Shown piece by piece: positions 20,273 to 30,388 of a stretch of 32,121 nt of DNA (the stretch's first letter is position 1; the number at the start of each line of letters is the position of its first letter). Origin of the DNA: Bacteroidia bacterium (lineage in GTDB: Bacteria; Bacteroidota; Bacteroidia; Bacteroidales; Dysgonomonadaceae); contig JAUNRY010000001.1 of NCBI GenBank assembly GCA_030539475.1, positions 1 through 32,121 of the forward strand. The letters run 5' to 3'. The notes under the pieces were generated by a model. That model did not search any database. It was not told the DNA's origin and was given only the letters and a program-made list of their open reading frames with translations. The translations under genes were made by a program, and so were the position numbers.

Positions 20273-21985
20273 ATGAAAAAAATATCCATTCTGTTTTTCG
20301 TCGCGTTTTTCGCGATAAACACCCACGCTCAACCCACTCAAACCGATAAAAATCAGCGGTATTTCGATATCAACAAAAGCATTGATGTTTTCAACTCCGT
20401 GATTCGCGAACTGGATATGTTTTACGTAGATAGCCTCAAAGTGGACAGCCTGGTGAACGGAACCATCCGCAATATGCTGGCCAGAATGGACCCCTATACC
20501 GAGTATTACACGGAGGAAAACATAGGCGACCTCCAATTCATGACCACCGGAGAGTATGGCGGCATTGGTTCGATAATCTCGTACAACAACAATCAGGTTA
20601 TCATAAACGAGCCGTACAAAGGGCTTCCGGCAGACAAGGCCGGACTGAAAGCCGGCGACATTATTCTGGAAATTGACGGCGCCGATATGCGCAACGCCAC
20701 CGTACAAGACGTGAGCGACAAACTCAAGGGCGTGCCGGGCACCAACCTGAAACTAAAAATTCAGCGTCCGGGCGAAAGCAAGCCGCGCGAAATAACCATC
20801 GTGCGCGAAAAAATTGAAATGGATCCCATCACCTACTCCGCCGTCATGGACGATAATATGGGGTATTTGCACTTCTCCGGATTCACCAGCGGAAGCTCAA
20901 GCCGGGTAAAAGAAACCATAACCGATCTGAAGAAAAAAGGCGCCGAATCGCTGGTTATAGACTTGCGCGGAAACGGAGGCGGCATATTGGACGAAGCGGT
21001 TAATGTTGTCAACTTTTTTGTTCGTAAAGGACTGGAAATTGTTTCTACGCGCGGAAAAGTGAAACAATGGGACCGCTCGTACTTCACGCAAAACCAGCCG
21101 ATAGATACAATTATGCCCATTGTGGTTCTCATTGATACGGGGTCGGCTTCGGCATCGGAAATTGTGGCCGGTTCGCTGCAAGATTTGGATCGTGCGGTTA
21201 TTATTGGCAACCGCTCTTTCGGAAAAGGATTGGTTCAAACGCCGCGCGATTTGCCGTACGGCGGAAACATTAAAATCACCACATCTAAATACTACATCCC
21301 CAGTGGACGAGGCATTCAGGCGCTCGATTATTCGCACCGCAACCCCGATGGCAGCGTAGCGCGCGTTCCCGACAGCCTGACCAATGTTTTCACCACAAAA
21401 AACGGTCGCGAAGTACGCGATGGCGGCGGCATCACGCCCGATTACATTATTTCGCAGGAAAACAGCGGAACCATAGGTTATTACCTGTTGGCGGAAAACA
21501 TTATTTTCAATTGGGTTACCAATTGGGCGCAAAAAAATCCCACCATTGCCGCTCCGCAGGATTTCCGGCTTTCGGATTCTGATTACGAACAGTTTAAACA
21601 ATTTGTGAAAAGCAACGATTTTGAATACGACCAAATGAGCGTTCGCACGTTGGAATCGTTGAAAAACATAATGGAATTCGAAGGATACTTCAACACTGCT
21701 TCCGATGAATTTAAAGCGTTGGAGGCTAAATTGCAACCCAATCTCGACAGGGACTTGGAACTTTTCAAAAATGACATCCGGCAAATGATCGAGACCGAAA
21801 TAGTGCAACGCTATTATTACAAAGAAGGCGTGCTCATGCATCAGCTGCAGGACGACCCGGCCTTGAAAAAAGCAAAAGAAGTATTGAAAGACAACGGTTT
21901 ATACAACTATACGTTGCAACCCAAACCGGCTAATATGCCGCCGGCAAAGGAAATTAAGGAAAAAATTGAGAATCAGTATTCGTAA
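20273..21985 (+). CDS. S41A carboxy-terminal processing protease (CtpA/Prc-like)
   Basis: Signal peptide, DPYTEY, PDZ (GGIG...PADKAGLKAGDII), DLRGNGGG, SASASEIV (catalytic Ser), SFGKGLVQ (catalytic Lys), YYIPSGR. Confidence 0.95.
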   Translation: MKKISILFFVAFFAINTHAQPTQTDKNQRYFDINKSIDVFNSVIRELDMFYVDSLKVDSLVNGTIRNMLARMDPYTEYYTEENIGDLQFMTTGEYGGIGSIISYNNNQVIINEPYKGLPADKAGLKAGDIILEIDGADMRNATVQDVSDKLKGVPGTNLKLKIQRPGESKPREITIVREKIEMDPITYSAVMDDNMGYLHFSGFTSGSSSRVKETITDLKKKGAESLVIDLRGNGGGILDEAVNVVNFFVRKGLEIVSTRGKVKQWDRSYFTQNQPIDTIMPIVVLIDTGSASASEIVAGSLQDLDRAVIIGNRSFGKGLVQTPRDLPYGGNIKITTSKYYIPSGRGIQALDYSHRNPDGSVARVPDSLTNVFTTKNGREVRDGGGITPDYIISQENSGTIGYYLLAENIIFNWVTNWAQKNPTIAAPQDFRLSDSDYEQFKQFVKSNDFEYDQMSVRTLESLKNIMEFEGYFNTASDEFKALEAKLQPNLDRDLELFKNDIRQMIETEIVQRYYYKEGVLMHQLQDDPALKKAKEVLKDNGLYNYTLQPKPANMPPAKEIKEKIENQYS

Positions 21986-22000
21986 CTAAAACCACCGTCT

Positions 22001-23068
22001 GTGCGTTCTATTGTATCAATTTTATTACTATTTTTCATTTTCCCGTTTTCTAACGCGCAGGAAAAACGCGTCAGCCTGCTTTTTGCCGGCGATGCTATGC
22101 AACACTTGCCGCAGGTACGCGCTGCGCAAACTGCCGACGGCTATAATTACGATTCCTGCTTTTATTTGCTGAAAGACAAAATTTCGGCCGCCGACATTGC
22201 CTGCGTAAATTTCGAAACCACGTTGGGAGGAAAGCCTTTTTCGGGTTATCCCATGTTTAGTTCGCCCGACGAATTTGCTTTCGGGCTGAAAGATGCCGGT
22301 TTCAACGTGTTTTTTCTCGCCAACAACCACGTGGTGGACAAAGGCCGCAAAGGTTTCGAAAGAACAATCGGCGTACTGGATTCCATCGGAATAAAATATA
22401 CCGGGGCATTCAAATCGAAAGATTCGCGCGGATTGAATTATCCGCTGATGATAATAAAAAACGGCATTCGAATCGCTTTTCTGAATTACACCTACGATAC
22501 AAACGGCTTACCGGTTACACCTCCCAATGTTGTAAATACTATTGACACACTGCAAATGAAAAGCGATTTGCGGCTTACCGAGCTTTACAACCCCGATATT
22601 GTTATCGCCAACATGCACTGGGGCGACGAATACGTTACCCGCCCCAACGCCGAACAACGCAAGCTGGCCGATTTTTTGTTCCGTAACGGCGTAAGAATCA
22701 TTATCGGAAACCATCCGCACGTAGTGCAACCGCTGGTTACAAACGAAGCAAACGGCGAAATTGAAACGGTTGTTTATTATTCGCTCGGAAATTTTATATC
22801 GAACCAGCAAAGAGTAAATACCGACGGTGGCGCGTTGGCTGAAATCGTTATCAGCAAACCGGATGATGAGAGTGCGGTTGTAATAGAATCGTGCGATTAT
22901 TCGTTGGTTTGGGTAAGAAAATATACCGAAAAAGGAAAATTAAACTACACGCTGATTCCGGTTGAAGAACACAAAAAAACGGCAAATCCGGTTTTAACTC
23001 CGCAAGAATTGCAAAAAATGAATATCTTTGCAACCAACGCCGATAAAATTATCGGAACGAAAAATTGA
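22001..23068 (+). CDS. CapA/PgsA family metallophosphoesterase-like protein, exported
   Basis: FAGD, NFET, LANNHVVD, MHWGDEY, IIGNHPHVVQP, YSLGNF. Confidence 0.92.
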   Translation: MRSIVSILLLFFIFPFSNAQEKRVSLLFAGDAMQHLPQVRAAQTADGYNYDSCFYLLKDKISAADIACVNFETTLGGKPFSGYPMFSSPDEFAFGLKDAGFNVFFLANNHVVDKGRKGFERTIGVLDSIGIKYTGAFKSKDSRGLNYPLMIIKNGIRIAFLNYTYDTNGLPVTPPNVVNTIDTLQMKSDLRLTELYNPDIVIANMHWGDEYVTRPNAEQRKLADFLFRNGVRIIIGNHPHVVQPLVTNEANGEIETVVYYSLGNFISNQQRVNTDGGALAEIVISKPDDESAVVIESCDYSLVWVRKYTEKGKLNYTLIPVEEHKKTANPVLTPQELQKMNIFATNADKIIGTKN

Positions 23069-23073
23069 TTTTC

Positions 23074-23529
23074 ATGCCAACATTAGATTTTGTATTTCGC
23101 TTATTAGCCGCTATGGCAGCCGGCGGAGCATTGGGGTTGGAACGGCAGATACACAACAAAAGCGCCGGGTTTCGCACCAACACGCTGGTTTCGGTAGGAG
23201 CTTGCATTTATGTGTTAATCAATGTGTTGCTGACCGAAAACAACGGAGATCCCACACGAATAATCGGACAAATTGTTACCGGAATAGGTTTTCTTGGCGC
23301 CGGCGTAATTTTACATCGCGGAATGAATGTCCAAGGCCTTACTACCGCGGCAACAGTGTGGTGTAGCGCGGCTTTAGGATGCCTGGCCGGTTTGGGCTTG
23401 TTTATTGAACTTTTGATTGCCACGCTGACAATTATTCTTGTAAATACCACCTTTAAAAAAGCCGACAAATGGTTTATGAGCGAAAAAAAGAAAACCGACG
23501 CCGACAATAAAGATAAGAAATTCGAATGA
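23074..23529 (+). CDS. MgtC/SapB family membrane protein (membrane domain only)
   Basis: GLERQ...AGFRTNTLVSVG, DPTRIIGQIVTGIGFLGAG, GLTTAATVW. Confidence 0.92.
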   Translation: MPTLDFVFRLLAAMAAGGALGLERQIHNKSAGFRTNTLVSVGACIYVLINVLLTENNGDPTRIIGQIVTGIGFLGAGVILHRGMNVQGLTTAATVWCSAALGCLAGLGLFIELLIATLTIILVNTTFKKADKWFMSEKKKTDADNKDKKFE

Positions 23530-23531
23530 CT

Positions 23532-24386
23532 TCAGCGAACCGGTGCAACCATAATTCCGGTGCACGATTTTTGCGAGTTGCCATAATCGCTCAATGTTTT
23601 TTCATCTATTATTACCTTGTTTTTCGCGCTTGAGGCGTGGATAAAAGTAAGTTTTCCGTTCTTTTTGTAGGCAAAGCCTGTGTGTGTAGTGTCTAAACCT
23701 TTTATGGATGTGGTGAAAGCAATCATGGCCATGTGCGGAATTTGCGCGGCCTGCGATTCAATTTCACTTTTGGGCAAATAATAAAATCCTTTTCGATTAT
23801 TTATCTCATTTTCAATAATTTTTATTTCTTTGAGCATCTCGTCGTCGGTTTTCAGGGCATTATAAGCTGCGCGGTGAGACGACATGAAATCGATGGTTTT
23901 CGCCTCTAATACACCTCCCAACCGCTTGGTGATTGGCGATAAAATTTTCTTCTCTTCGTTGTTGTACACCCAGTCCGATGTGTAGTGAAGTCGCGACTCG
24001 TAACCGTTGAGCGCACCATTTCGATACCGTATTTTTTGCAATTGCGAAGCAAAATTATCAAATGAAAAATCTTCCGATACGGCCGTGTTTGCCAATGCCA
24101 TAACCGTTTCGATGAAAGTAACGCAATCGAATTCCCGAAGGTTTATCACCAACATTTCGCAAGCGTTGTTATCCAGTGTGCCTGCCGTGTAAGGTGTGTC
24201 GAGGAAAAACTCCGCCGTTTTTTGTAAAACCAATTCTTTTGATTTTGTGCTCAAGGGTTGAATCTGCCTCACGTATTCTTCGAAAATAGTTTTGTCTTGC
24301 GGCTTAAAATTCACGTGTTGTGAGAAAACCGAATGGATGAAAAAACAGGTGAAAAGCAGTATGAAAAAAAGAGATTTTTGTCGCAT
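23532..24386 (-). CDS. DUF1460 / AmiA-like NlpC/P60-related N-acetylmuramoyl-L-alanine amidase
   Basis: Signal peptide, TPYTAGTLD, FDCVTFIE (Cys), RLHYTSDW, GLDTTHTG (His), HASS. Confidence 0.88.
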   Translation of the reverse strand: MRQKSLFFILLFTCFFIHSVFSQHVNFKPQDKTIFEEYVRQIQPLSTKSKELVLQKTAEFFLDTPYTAGTLDNNACEMLVINLREFDCVTFIETVMALANTAVSEDFSFDNFASQLQKIRYRNGALNGYESRLHYTSDWVYNNEEKKILSPITKRLGGVLEAKTIDFMSSHRAAYNALKTDDEMLKEIKIIENEINNRKGFYYLPKSEIESQAAQIPHMAMIAFTTSIKGLDTTHTGFAYKKNGKLTFIHASSAKNKVIIDEKTLSDYGNSQKSCTGIMVAPVR

Positions 24387-24412
24387 TTTTGAAGTGTTTT
24401 AATGGATTATAA

Positions 24413-25075
24413 CTACCAATCTATCGGTTCAATACCGTTTGCCTGCAAATAAGCATTTGTTTTGCTAAAGTGCTTATTACCAAAGAATCCTCTATGAGCT
24501 GATAAAGGCGAAGGGTGTGTTGACCTTAGCACCAAATGTCTATTCGCATCTATGTTTCCTCCTTTTCGTTGGGCGTATGCACCCCAAAGGATGAAAACCA
24601 GGTTTTCTCGTTCGTTTGCCAGGTGATAAATGGCGGAATCGGTAAATTCCTCCCATCCTTTGTGTTGATGAGAACCCGCCTGATGCGCCCGCACGGTAAG
24701 CGTGGCGTTCAATAAAAGCACCCCTTGCCTACTCCACCTCTCCAGGTTTCCCGATGCGGGAATGGGCGTGCCTAAATCGTTGTGTATTTCTTTGTAAATA
24801 TTGACTAACGATGGCGGAATGCGCACGCCGTCGTTTACCGAAAAGCATAATCCATGCGCTTGTCCGGGTTCGTGATAGGGATCTTGCCCCACAATAACAA
24901 CTTTCACCTTATGAAAAGGACATTTATCGAAAGCGTTGAAAATAAGTTTTGCAGGCGGGTAAACGGTGCGCGTGGAATATTCATTGCGCACAAAATCGGT
25001 AAGCGATTTAAAATATGGTTTCTCAAATTCGTCTTTCAGCCTGTGTTTCCAACTTTCTTCAATTTTAACAATCAT
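24413..25075 (-). CDS. ung: Uracil-DNA glycosylase family 1
   Basis: GQDPYH, AHGLCFSV, PPSLVNI, QGVLLLN, LWGAYAQ, HPSPLS. Confidence 0.98.
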   Translation of the reverse strand: MIVKIEESWKHRLKDEFEKPYFKSLTDFVRNEYSTRTVYPPAKLIFNAFDKCPFHKVKVVIVGQDPYHEPGQAHGLCFSVNDGVRIPPSLVNIYKEIHNDLGTPIPASGNLERWSRQGVLLLNATLTVRAHQAGSHQHKGWEEFTDSAIYHLANERENLVFILWGAYAQRKGGNIDANRHLVLRSTHPSPLSAHRGFFGNKHFSKTNAYLQANGIEPIDW

Positions 25076-25165
25076 ATTTCGCCGGTTTTATGTGCCGTAA
25101 AAGTATAAAAAAGTTGGCAATAATACGAATCAACTGCTCAATTTATCAAAGCTGAAAAGAAAAAA

Positions 25166-26203
25166 TCAAATCAGAAAAATATCGTTTTCCGCCGCTTCTT
25201 TTCTTATTTCTTTCGGCCAAATACTTGCCTGAATTTCACCTATGTGCGCTTTGCGCAAATAATACATACACAACCGCGATTGTCCAATGCCACCGCCGAT
25301 GGAAAGCGGAAGTTCATTGTTTATGAGGCGTTTATGGAAAAACAAATTCAGCTTATCTTCCTGATTTTTAATTTTTAATTGCTTCAGCAACGCGTTTTTA
25401 TCCACCCGTATTCCCATCGACGATAATTCTACCGCTCGTTCGAGCACGGGATTCCAAACGAGCAAGTCGCCGTTCAAGCCTTCGAATCCTTCTTCGTTGA
25501 GGGTTGTCCAGTCGTCATAATCTGCTGCCCGTCCGTCGTGGGATTCTCCGTTGGAGAGTTTTCCGCCGATTCCGACAATAAAAACGGCTCCGCAGTCTTT
25601 CGCTATGGCGTCTTCACGATCTTTTGACGCCATGCCGGGATATTTCTGCAACAATTCTTCGGCAGAAATAAATGTTATATTGCGGGGAAGTTGGGGTTTT
25701 ATTTCCGGAAAATATTCATGCACAAGGTATTCGGTACGAAGCATGGCGCTGTAAATCCGCTCCACCACTTCTTTCAGGAAACAAACCGTGCGGTCTTCTT
25801 CGCCGATTGCCATTTCCCAATCCCACTGATCCACGTACAATGAGTGCAAATTGTCCAATTCTTCATCGGCTCTGATGGCGTTCATATCGGTATAAATTCC
25901 GAATCCTCTTTCAATTCCGTAATCGGCTAAGGTCATTCTTTTCCATTTTGCCAGCGAATGCACGATTTCGGCAACCGTGTTGTTCATATCTTTGATCGGA
26001 AAGCTCACCGGACGCTCCACGCCATTGAGATCGTCGTTGATTCCGGTTCCCTTTTCTACGAAAAGCGGGGCGGTAACACGCCGAAGCCGCAACTCGGATG
26101 ATAAATTCTGCTGAAAAAAATCTTTTATTTTCTTAATCCCAAGTTCGGTCTGACTCAGGTTTAAAAGTGGCTTGTATCCGTTGGGAACAATTAGGTTTGA
26201 CAT
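25166..26203 (-). CDS. asnA: Aspartate--ammonia ligase
   Basis: GINDDLNGVERPV, EIVHSLAKWKR, HSLYVDQWDWE, HDGRAADYDDW, SIGGGIGQSR; start ATG 26203. Confidence 0.97.
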   Translation of the reverse strand: MSNLIVPNGYKPLLNLSQTELGIKKIKDFFQQNLSSELRLRRVTAPLFVEKGTGINDDLNGVERPVSFPIKDMNNTVAEIVHSLAKWKRMTLADYGIERGFGIYTDMNAIRADEELDNLHSLYVDQWDWEMAIGEEDRTVCFLKEVVERIYSAMLRTEYLVHEYFPEIKPQLPRNITFISAEELLQKYPGMASKDREDAIAKDCGAVFIVGIGGKLSNGESHDGRAADYDDWTTLNEEGFEGLNGDLLVWNPVLERAVELSSMGIRVDKNALLKQLKIKNQEDKLNLFFHKRLINNELPLSIGGGIGQSRLCMYYLRKAHIGEIQASIWPKEIRKEAAENDIFLI

Positions 26204-26230
26204 TTCAATCTGTTTAATGCAATAATCCTG

Positions 26231-26238
26231 CAAAGATA
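26231..26238 (-). promoter_or_regulatory. -7 promoter element for asnA
   Basis: TATCTTTG(CA) on the minus strand, 27 bp before the ATG. Confidence 0.7.
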
Positions 26239-26321
26239 ATTCATTTTTCCAATTTGTCAAACTTTAAATCAAGTATAACGCATTTTGATAAGTTTATACT
26301 GAATATACAATCAAAATCACA

Positions 26322-27233
26322 TTAAGCATCTAATTTGCCTATTATTTCGCTGATTGATTTAAGATTATGCCTATCCAAATAATCCGCTATTCCATCGATA
26401 ACTTTCATGGAAATAGCGGGATCGATAAAATTATAAGTTCCTATTTGTATGGCAGTTGAGCCGGCCAGTATAAATTCGATGGCATCGGCCGTGTTGGAAA
26501 TACCGCCCATCCCGATAATCGGAATTTTCACCGCGTTATAAACCTGCCAAACCATGCGCAAGGCTATGGGTTTTATGCACGGGCCCGACAAACCTCCGGT
26601 TACGGTGGAGAGCTTGGGGCGGCGTGTTTCTGCATCGATGGCCATTCCCAAAAAAGTATTAACCAGCGAAACGGAATCTGCGCCTTCGTCTTCTATGGCA
26701 CGGGCAATCTCGGTAACATCCGTAACATTGGGCGATAATTTCACTATCAGCGTTTTGGGATACACTTTTCGCACCGCGCGCGTTACTTCAGCGGCCGATG
26801 CACAGGATGTTCCGAATGCCATTCCGCCTTCTTTTATGTTGGGGCAGGAAATATTAACCTCAATGGCGGGCACTTTATCCAAATCAGCAAGCCGCTCCGT
26901 GCATTTCACATAATCGTCTATTTTTGAGCCGGATACATTAACCACAATGTGTGTGTTGTACTCTTTTATGGTCGGGTAAATATGTTCGGCAAAATAATCC
27001 ACGCCTTTGTTCTGCAAACCCACGGCGTTGAGCATGCCCGCGGGCGTTTCGGCCATTCTGGGATAGTTGTTGCCTTGCCGGGGCTCCAACGTGGTTCCTT
27101 TCACAAAAATGCCTCCCAGGCGGTTTAGATCGATAAAATCGGCATATTCCGTGCCGTATCCGAAAGTGCCTGATGCTGTGGTTACCGGATTTTGCAATTC
27201 CAGGTTTCCTATATTTACTTTTAGTCTATCCAT
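26322..27233 (-). CDS. pyrD: Dihydroorotate dehydrogenase 1B catalytic subunit
   Basis: [45 protein letters not shown]. Confidence 0.97.
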   Translation of the reverse strand: MDRLKVNIGNLELQNPVTTASGTFGYGTEYADFIDLNRLGGIFVKGTTLEPRQGNNYPRMAETPAGMLNAVGLQNKGVDYFAEHIYPTIKEYNTHIVVNVSGSKIDDYVKCTERLADLDKVPAIEVNISCPNIKEGGMAFGTSCASAAEVTRAVRKVYPKTLIVKLSPNVTDVTEIARAIEDEGADSVSLVNTFLGMAIDAETRRPKLSTVTGGLSGPCIKPIALRMVWQVYNAVKIPIIGMGGISNTADAIEFILAGSTAIQIGTYNFIDPAISMKVIDGIADYLDRHNLKSISEIIGKLDA

Positions 27234-27994
27234 TTCAATTCATTGGTGTTAAAAACCGGGCCTTCTGTGCACGTGCAGAGGTTTCCTCTGGTTGTTTTTT
27301 CTATGCAGCATAAACATGCGCCGAAACCGCAAGCCATTAAATTCTCCAACGATGCCTCACATTCGATGTTTTTTTCCCGGGCGTATCTTGCCACGGCCAC
27401 CATCATGGGTTTTGGCCCGCAGGTGTAAATAAAATCGTAACGGTTTTTCTGCAAAACAGAATGATGCGTTACAAAGCCTTTCTCTCCAAACGAACCGTCT
27501 TCGGTGGTACAAAATACGGTTCCGAATTTTTCAAAATCGTTCAATTGCAACAGGTCTTTTTCGGAACGTCCGCCCAGCAGAAAATCGGGTGAAAATTCTT
27601 TTTCGTGCAGTTTTTCCCCCAGAAAAAGCATGGGCGCTGTTCCCACTCCACCTCCAACAAGCAAAAACTTGCCTTTTTCTTGCGGAACTGTGAATGAATT
27701 TCCTAACGGAAAAATAATATTCAGCGTTTGTCCCACAGGCGTTTCGCATATTTTTCGGGTTCCTTCGCCTATTTGCTGTATGAGCAGCCACATCTCGTTG
27801 GTTTCCTTATCAACGAAATTAATGGAAATGGGCCTTCGCAAAAAAATGCCGCTGGAATTTTCCACCAATATTTGCACAAACTGTCCGGGAAGCATGTCCG
27901 GCAACGCTTCGTTGTTTGCCGGCGTAACTTTCAGCAAGTTGTTTTGATAATTCAGCGCCTGGTTATAGGTTACTTTGAAATCGAGTACTTTCAT
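27221..27994 (-). CDS. pyrK: Dihydroorotate dehydrogenase electron transfer subunit
   Basis: [27 protein letters not shown] and 2Fe-2S motif [11 protein letters not shown]...C; overlaps pyrD by 13 bp. Confidence 0.97.
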   Translation of the reverse strand: MKVLDFKVTYNQALNYQNNLLKVTPANNEALPDMLPGQFVQILVENSSGIFLRRPISINFVDKETNEMWLLIQQIGEGTRKICETPVGQTLNIIFPLGNSFTVPQEKGKFLLVGGGVGTAPMLFLGEKLHEKEFSPDFLLGGRSEKDLLQLNDFEKFGTVFCTTEDGSFGEKGFVTHHSVLQKNRYDFIYTCGPKPMMVAVARYAREKNIECEASLENLMACGFGACLCCIEKTTRGNLCTCTEGPVFNTNELKWID

Positions 27995-28017
27995 TCGGAG
28001 AAAAACTTTATTTACTG

Positions 28018-28025
28018 CAAAGTTA
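28018..28025 (-). promoter_or_regulatory. -7 promoter element for pyrKD
   Basis: TAACTTTG(CA) on the minus strand, 23 bp before the ATG. Confidence 0.7.
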
Positions 28026-28090
28026 CACCATAATTTTCAATTCACATAAACACACGCGAAAAACCGGCTGCGAAAAAACCGACTAAACAT

Positions 28091-28121
28091 AAAAAAAACC
28101 TGCTCAGTGCAGGTTTTTTTT
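28091..28121. terminator. Intrinsic terminator after the methyltransferase (symmetric A/T tails)
   Basis: AAAAAAAACCTGC-TCAGT-GCAGGTTTTTTTT, ~19 bp past the stop codon. Confidence 0.85.
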
Positions 28122-28139
28122 ATTGAGAAATGGTAATAT

Positions 28140-28679
28140 TTATCTTTTTTTGTTTTTATCGGGAACCGTCCATAAATAAACCGTTCTGCCGTCCACCGAA
28201 ATTTGTTTATCGGGCTCCCAGTCTCCCATATCAAAAGCGTGAGAAACAACGCGGCTACCCGGTTTCATTTCTTTCAGGATTTTTGGTTTCAGCTTCAGGT
28301 TCACATCCGGAAGCAGATAAAGAGTTAAGACATTGGCTTTGCTGAAATCGAAATCGAAAAGATTTCCTTCATAAAATTTCACTTTGTCTGTTACCCCTTG
28401 TTCACGCGCGTTGCGGTTAGCGTCCTCAATCCTGTCGGGATTTAAATCAACACCTATACCGGTTGCACCGTATTTTTTCGCGGCAGTTACTACCATACGG
28501 CCGTCTCCACAACCCAAATCATACACTACATCATTCTTGCCAACTTTAGCCAAGTCTAACATAGCTTCCACTACATCCATAGGTGTAGGCACGTATGGAA
28601 CATCCAGATTAACCTGAGCGCTAACACGCGTGAGGCCTACGAGTAGCAAAAAAGCTAATACATACTTAAAAGATTTCAT
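28140..28679 (-). CDS. Class I SAM-dependent methyltransferase (FAM173/Dot1-like) with Sec signal peptide
   Basis: DVPYVPTP, motif I VYDLGCGDGR, GIGVDLN, TLYLL, MKPGSRVVSHAF; N-terminus MKSFKYVLAFLLLVGLTRVSA|Q. Confidence 0.9.
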   Translation of the reverse strand: MKSFKYVLAFLLLVGLTRVSAQVNLDVPYVPTPMDVVEAMLDLAKVGKNDVVYDLGCGDGRMVVTAAKKYGATGIGVDLNPDRIEDANRNAREQGVTDKVKFYEGNLFDFDFSKANVLTLYLLPDVNLKLKPKILKEMKPGSRVVSHAFDMGDWEPDKQISVDGRTVYLWTVPDKNKKR

Positions 28680-28760
28680 GTTTTTGTAATTTTAATTGTT
28701 AGAAATTTAAATGCTCTATATTATAAAGCTTTATACGGGGAAATTGTTCAGATATCATCA

Positions 28761-30194
28761 TTAATTATTGACCTTGCCATTATGGTTTTTCGACGACACC
28801 CTGCTTCGGAAAAGGAGATAAAAAATCAAGCCGACGGCCAAAAGCCCAACTCCCAGCCAGGCGCCCCGGCCTGTGTAAGTTAAACTTGAATACAGCAAAT
28901 AGGCGCAAGAGCCGATAAAAAGTAACGGTGTAATGGGATATAAAGGCACCTTGAAAGGCCTTGGCTCATTTGGTTTCTTCACGCGCAATACCATCAAACT
29001 GATACCGGAACACAAAAAGAAGAACCAAAACACGGGCGCCGTAAAATCTACCATGGCTTCAAATCCGTTTCGGGCAAAAGCTCCGAAGATGATGAGCGCC
29101 ACAGCAATAACGCCCTGCAAAATGAGCGAATTTACGGGCGCTGATTTGCTTCCGTTCCATTTTCCCAGAAATGCAAACGGCTTAAAATCCTTTCCCAGCG
29201 CGTAATTCGATCTCGCCCCGGTGAAAATGGTTGTATTGAGCGATGAGAGAGCCGATAAGGAAACCAAAGTGCCAATCAGCACCACACCTTTTTCTCCGAG
29301 CACGGCCCTCATCATATCCACGCCTACGGCTTCAGACGCGGCTATTCCCTGTAAGCCCAGCACGTTTAAGAAAGCCAAGTTTATAAGGACATATACAAGG
29401 GTGATAATCAGAATGCTGACAATGAGTACCAAGGCCATGTTTTTGCTGCCGGTTTTTAATTCCGAAGAAATATACGCCGCCTCGTTCCATCCACCAAAAG
29501 TCAATAGTACAAAGATTAACGCCAAACTAAGGGTGGAAAAAGAACCGGACGAAAGCAACGGCTCTTGCGCTACTGCCACCGGCACATCGGGACTTGCAAG
29601 AAAACCTACGGCGAGAATTATGAATAAACCGATAAACTGCAACGCTATCAACGATTTTTGCAGCCCCGTTCCAAACTGAATTCCCAAAATATTTATCAGT
29701 GTAAGCGTTATCACAACCAATATAGCGTAAAAAGAAGCTGAGAATTGGCCAAGCGAAAGCATTTGCGACATGTAATCACCGGCAATGTATGCGAGCAAAG
29801 CTATGGAACCTGTTTGTATAACAGTGATACGCGCCCAGGCGAACAAAAAAGAAAAACCTTTTCCAAAAGCTGTTTTCAAAAAATGATAATCGCCTCCCGC
29901 GTTCGGAAAAGTTGAACTGAGTTCGGAGTAACACAACGCGCCGATAAGAGAAACAACGCCTCCCAACACCCAAATGCCCAAAAACCAAAACCAATCGGGC
30001 GAGTTGGCCGCTACCACCGAAGGTGTTCTGAATACTCCCGCGCCAATAACCACACCTATTATTAAGACAATAGCATCAACAAGGCGTAAGGTAGGTTTAG
30101 GCGTTTCAATCGGGCACGGCGTTCCGTTATCTTCCGAAGAAACTGCCGCGTTGCCGGCAGAATGGTTTTGTGCGTGTAATTTGTTTTCTTTCAT
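28761..30194 (-). CDS. APC superfamily (LAT/SteT-like) amino acid permease
   Basis: About 12 TM helices; GVVIGAGVF, ALCYSELSSTFPNAGGDY, FGGWN, RPFKVPLYP. Confidence 0.93.
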   Translation of the reverse strand: MKENKLHAQNHSAGNAAVSSEDNGTPCPIETPKPTLRLVDAIVLIIGVVIGAGVFRTPSVVAANSPDWFWFLGIWVLGGVVSLIGALCYSELSSTFPNAGGDYHFLKTAFGKGFSFLFAWARITVIQTGSIALLAYIAGDYMSQMLSLGQFSASFYAILVVITLTLINILGIQFGTGLQKSLIALQFIGLFIILAVGFLASPDVPVAVAQEPLLSSGSFSTLSLALIFVLLTFGGWNEAAYISSELKTGSKNMALVLIVSILIITLVYVLINLAFLNVLGLQGIAASEAVGVDMMRAVLGEKGVVLIGTLVSLSALSSLNTTIFTGARSNYALGKDFKPFAFLGKWNGSKSAPVNSLILQGVIAVALIIFGAFARNGFEAMVDFTAPVFWFFFLCSGISLMVLRVKKPNEPRPFKVPLYPITPLLFIGSCAYLLYSSLTYTGRGAWLGVGLLAVGLIFYLLFRSRVSSKNHNGKVNN

Positions 30195-30380
30195 CGAGTT
30201 ATTATTAATAGGCTAAGGAATTATGCAGAAAGGAAATTGTATTAAAAAACTCCGGCGCCTATATTCTCTGTAAATTTTACACGGAAAAACTGATAGAATG
30301 CAAATTTTATAATCCGTATTTGGGACAAAATCTTTTCCCAACCTTAAATTTAATGGCATTTTGTTCAGATTCCGAAAAAC

Positions 30381-30388
30381 CAAAGATA
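30381..30388 (-). promoter_or_regulatory. -7 promoter element for the permease-methyltransferase unit
   Basis: TATCTTTG on the minus strand, ~186 bp before the permease ATG. Confidence 0.5.

Noticed and set aside
20897-21841. 314-aa minus-strand ORF
   Set aside because: Antisense shadow of the S41 protease gene.
26272-26317. Overlapping short inverted repeats between pyrD and asnA
   Set aside because: AT-rich 7-8 bp arms with long loops; too weak to call.
27995-28121. PyrR-type attenuator or reiterative-transcription control of pyrKD
   Set aside because: The terminator lies upstream of pyrK's own -7 element, so it ends the MTase transcript; the leader is very short and I saw no PyrR-binding motif.
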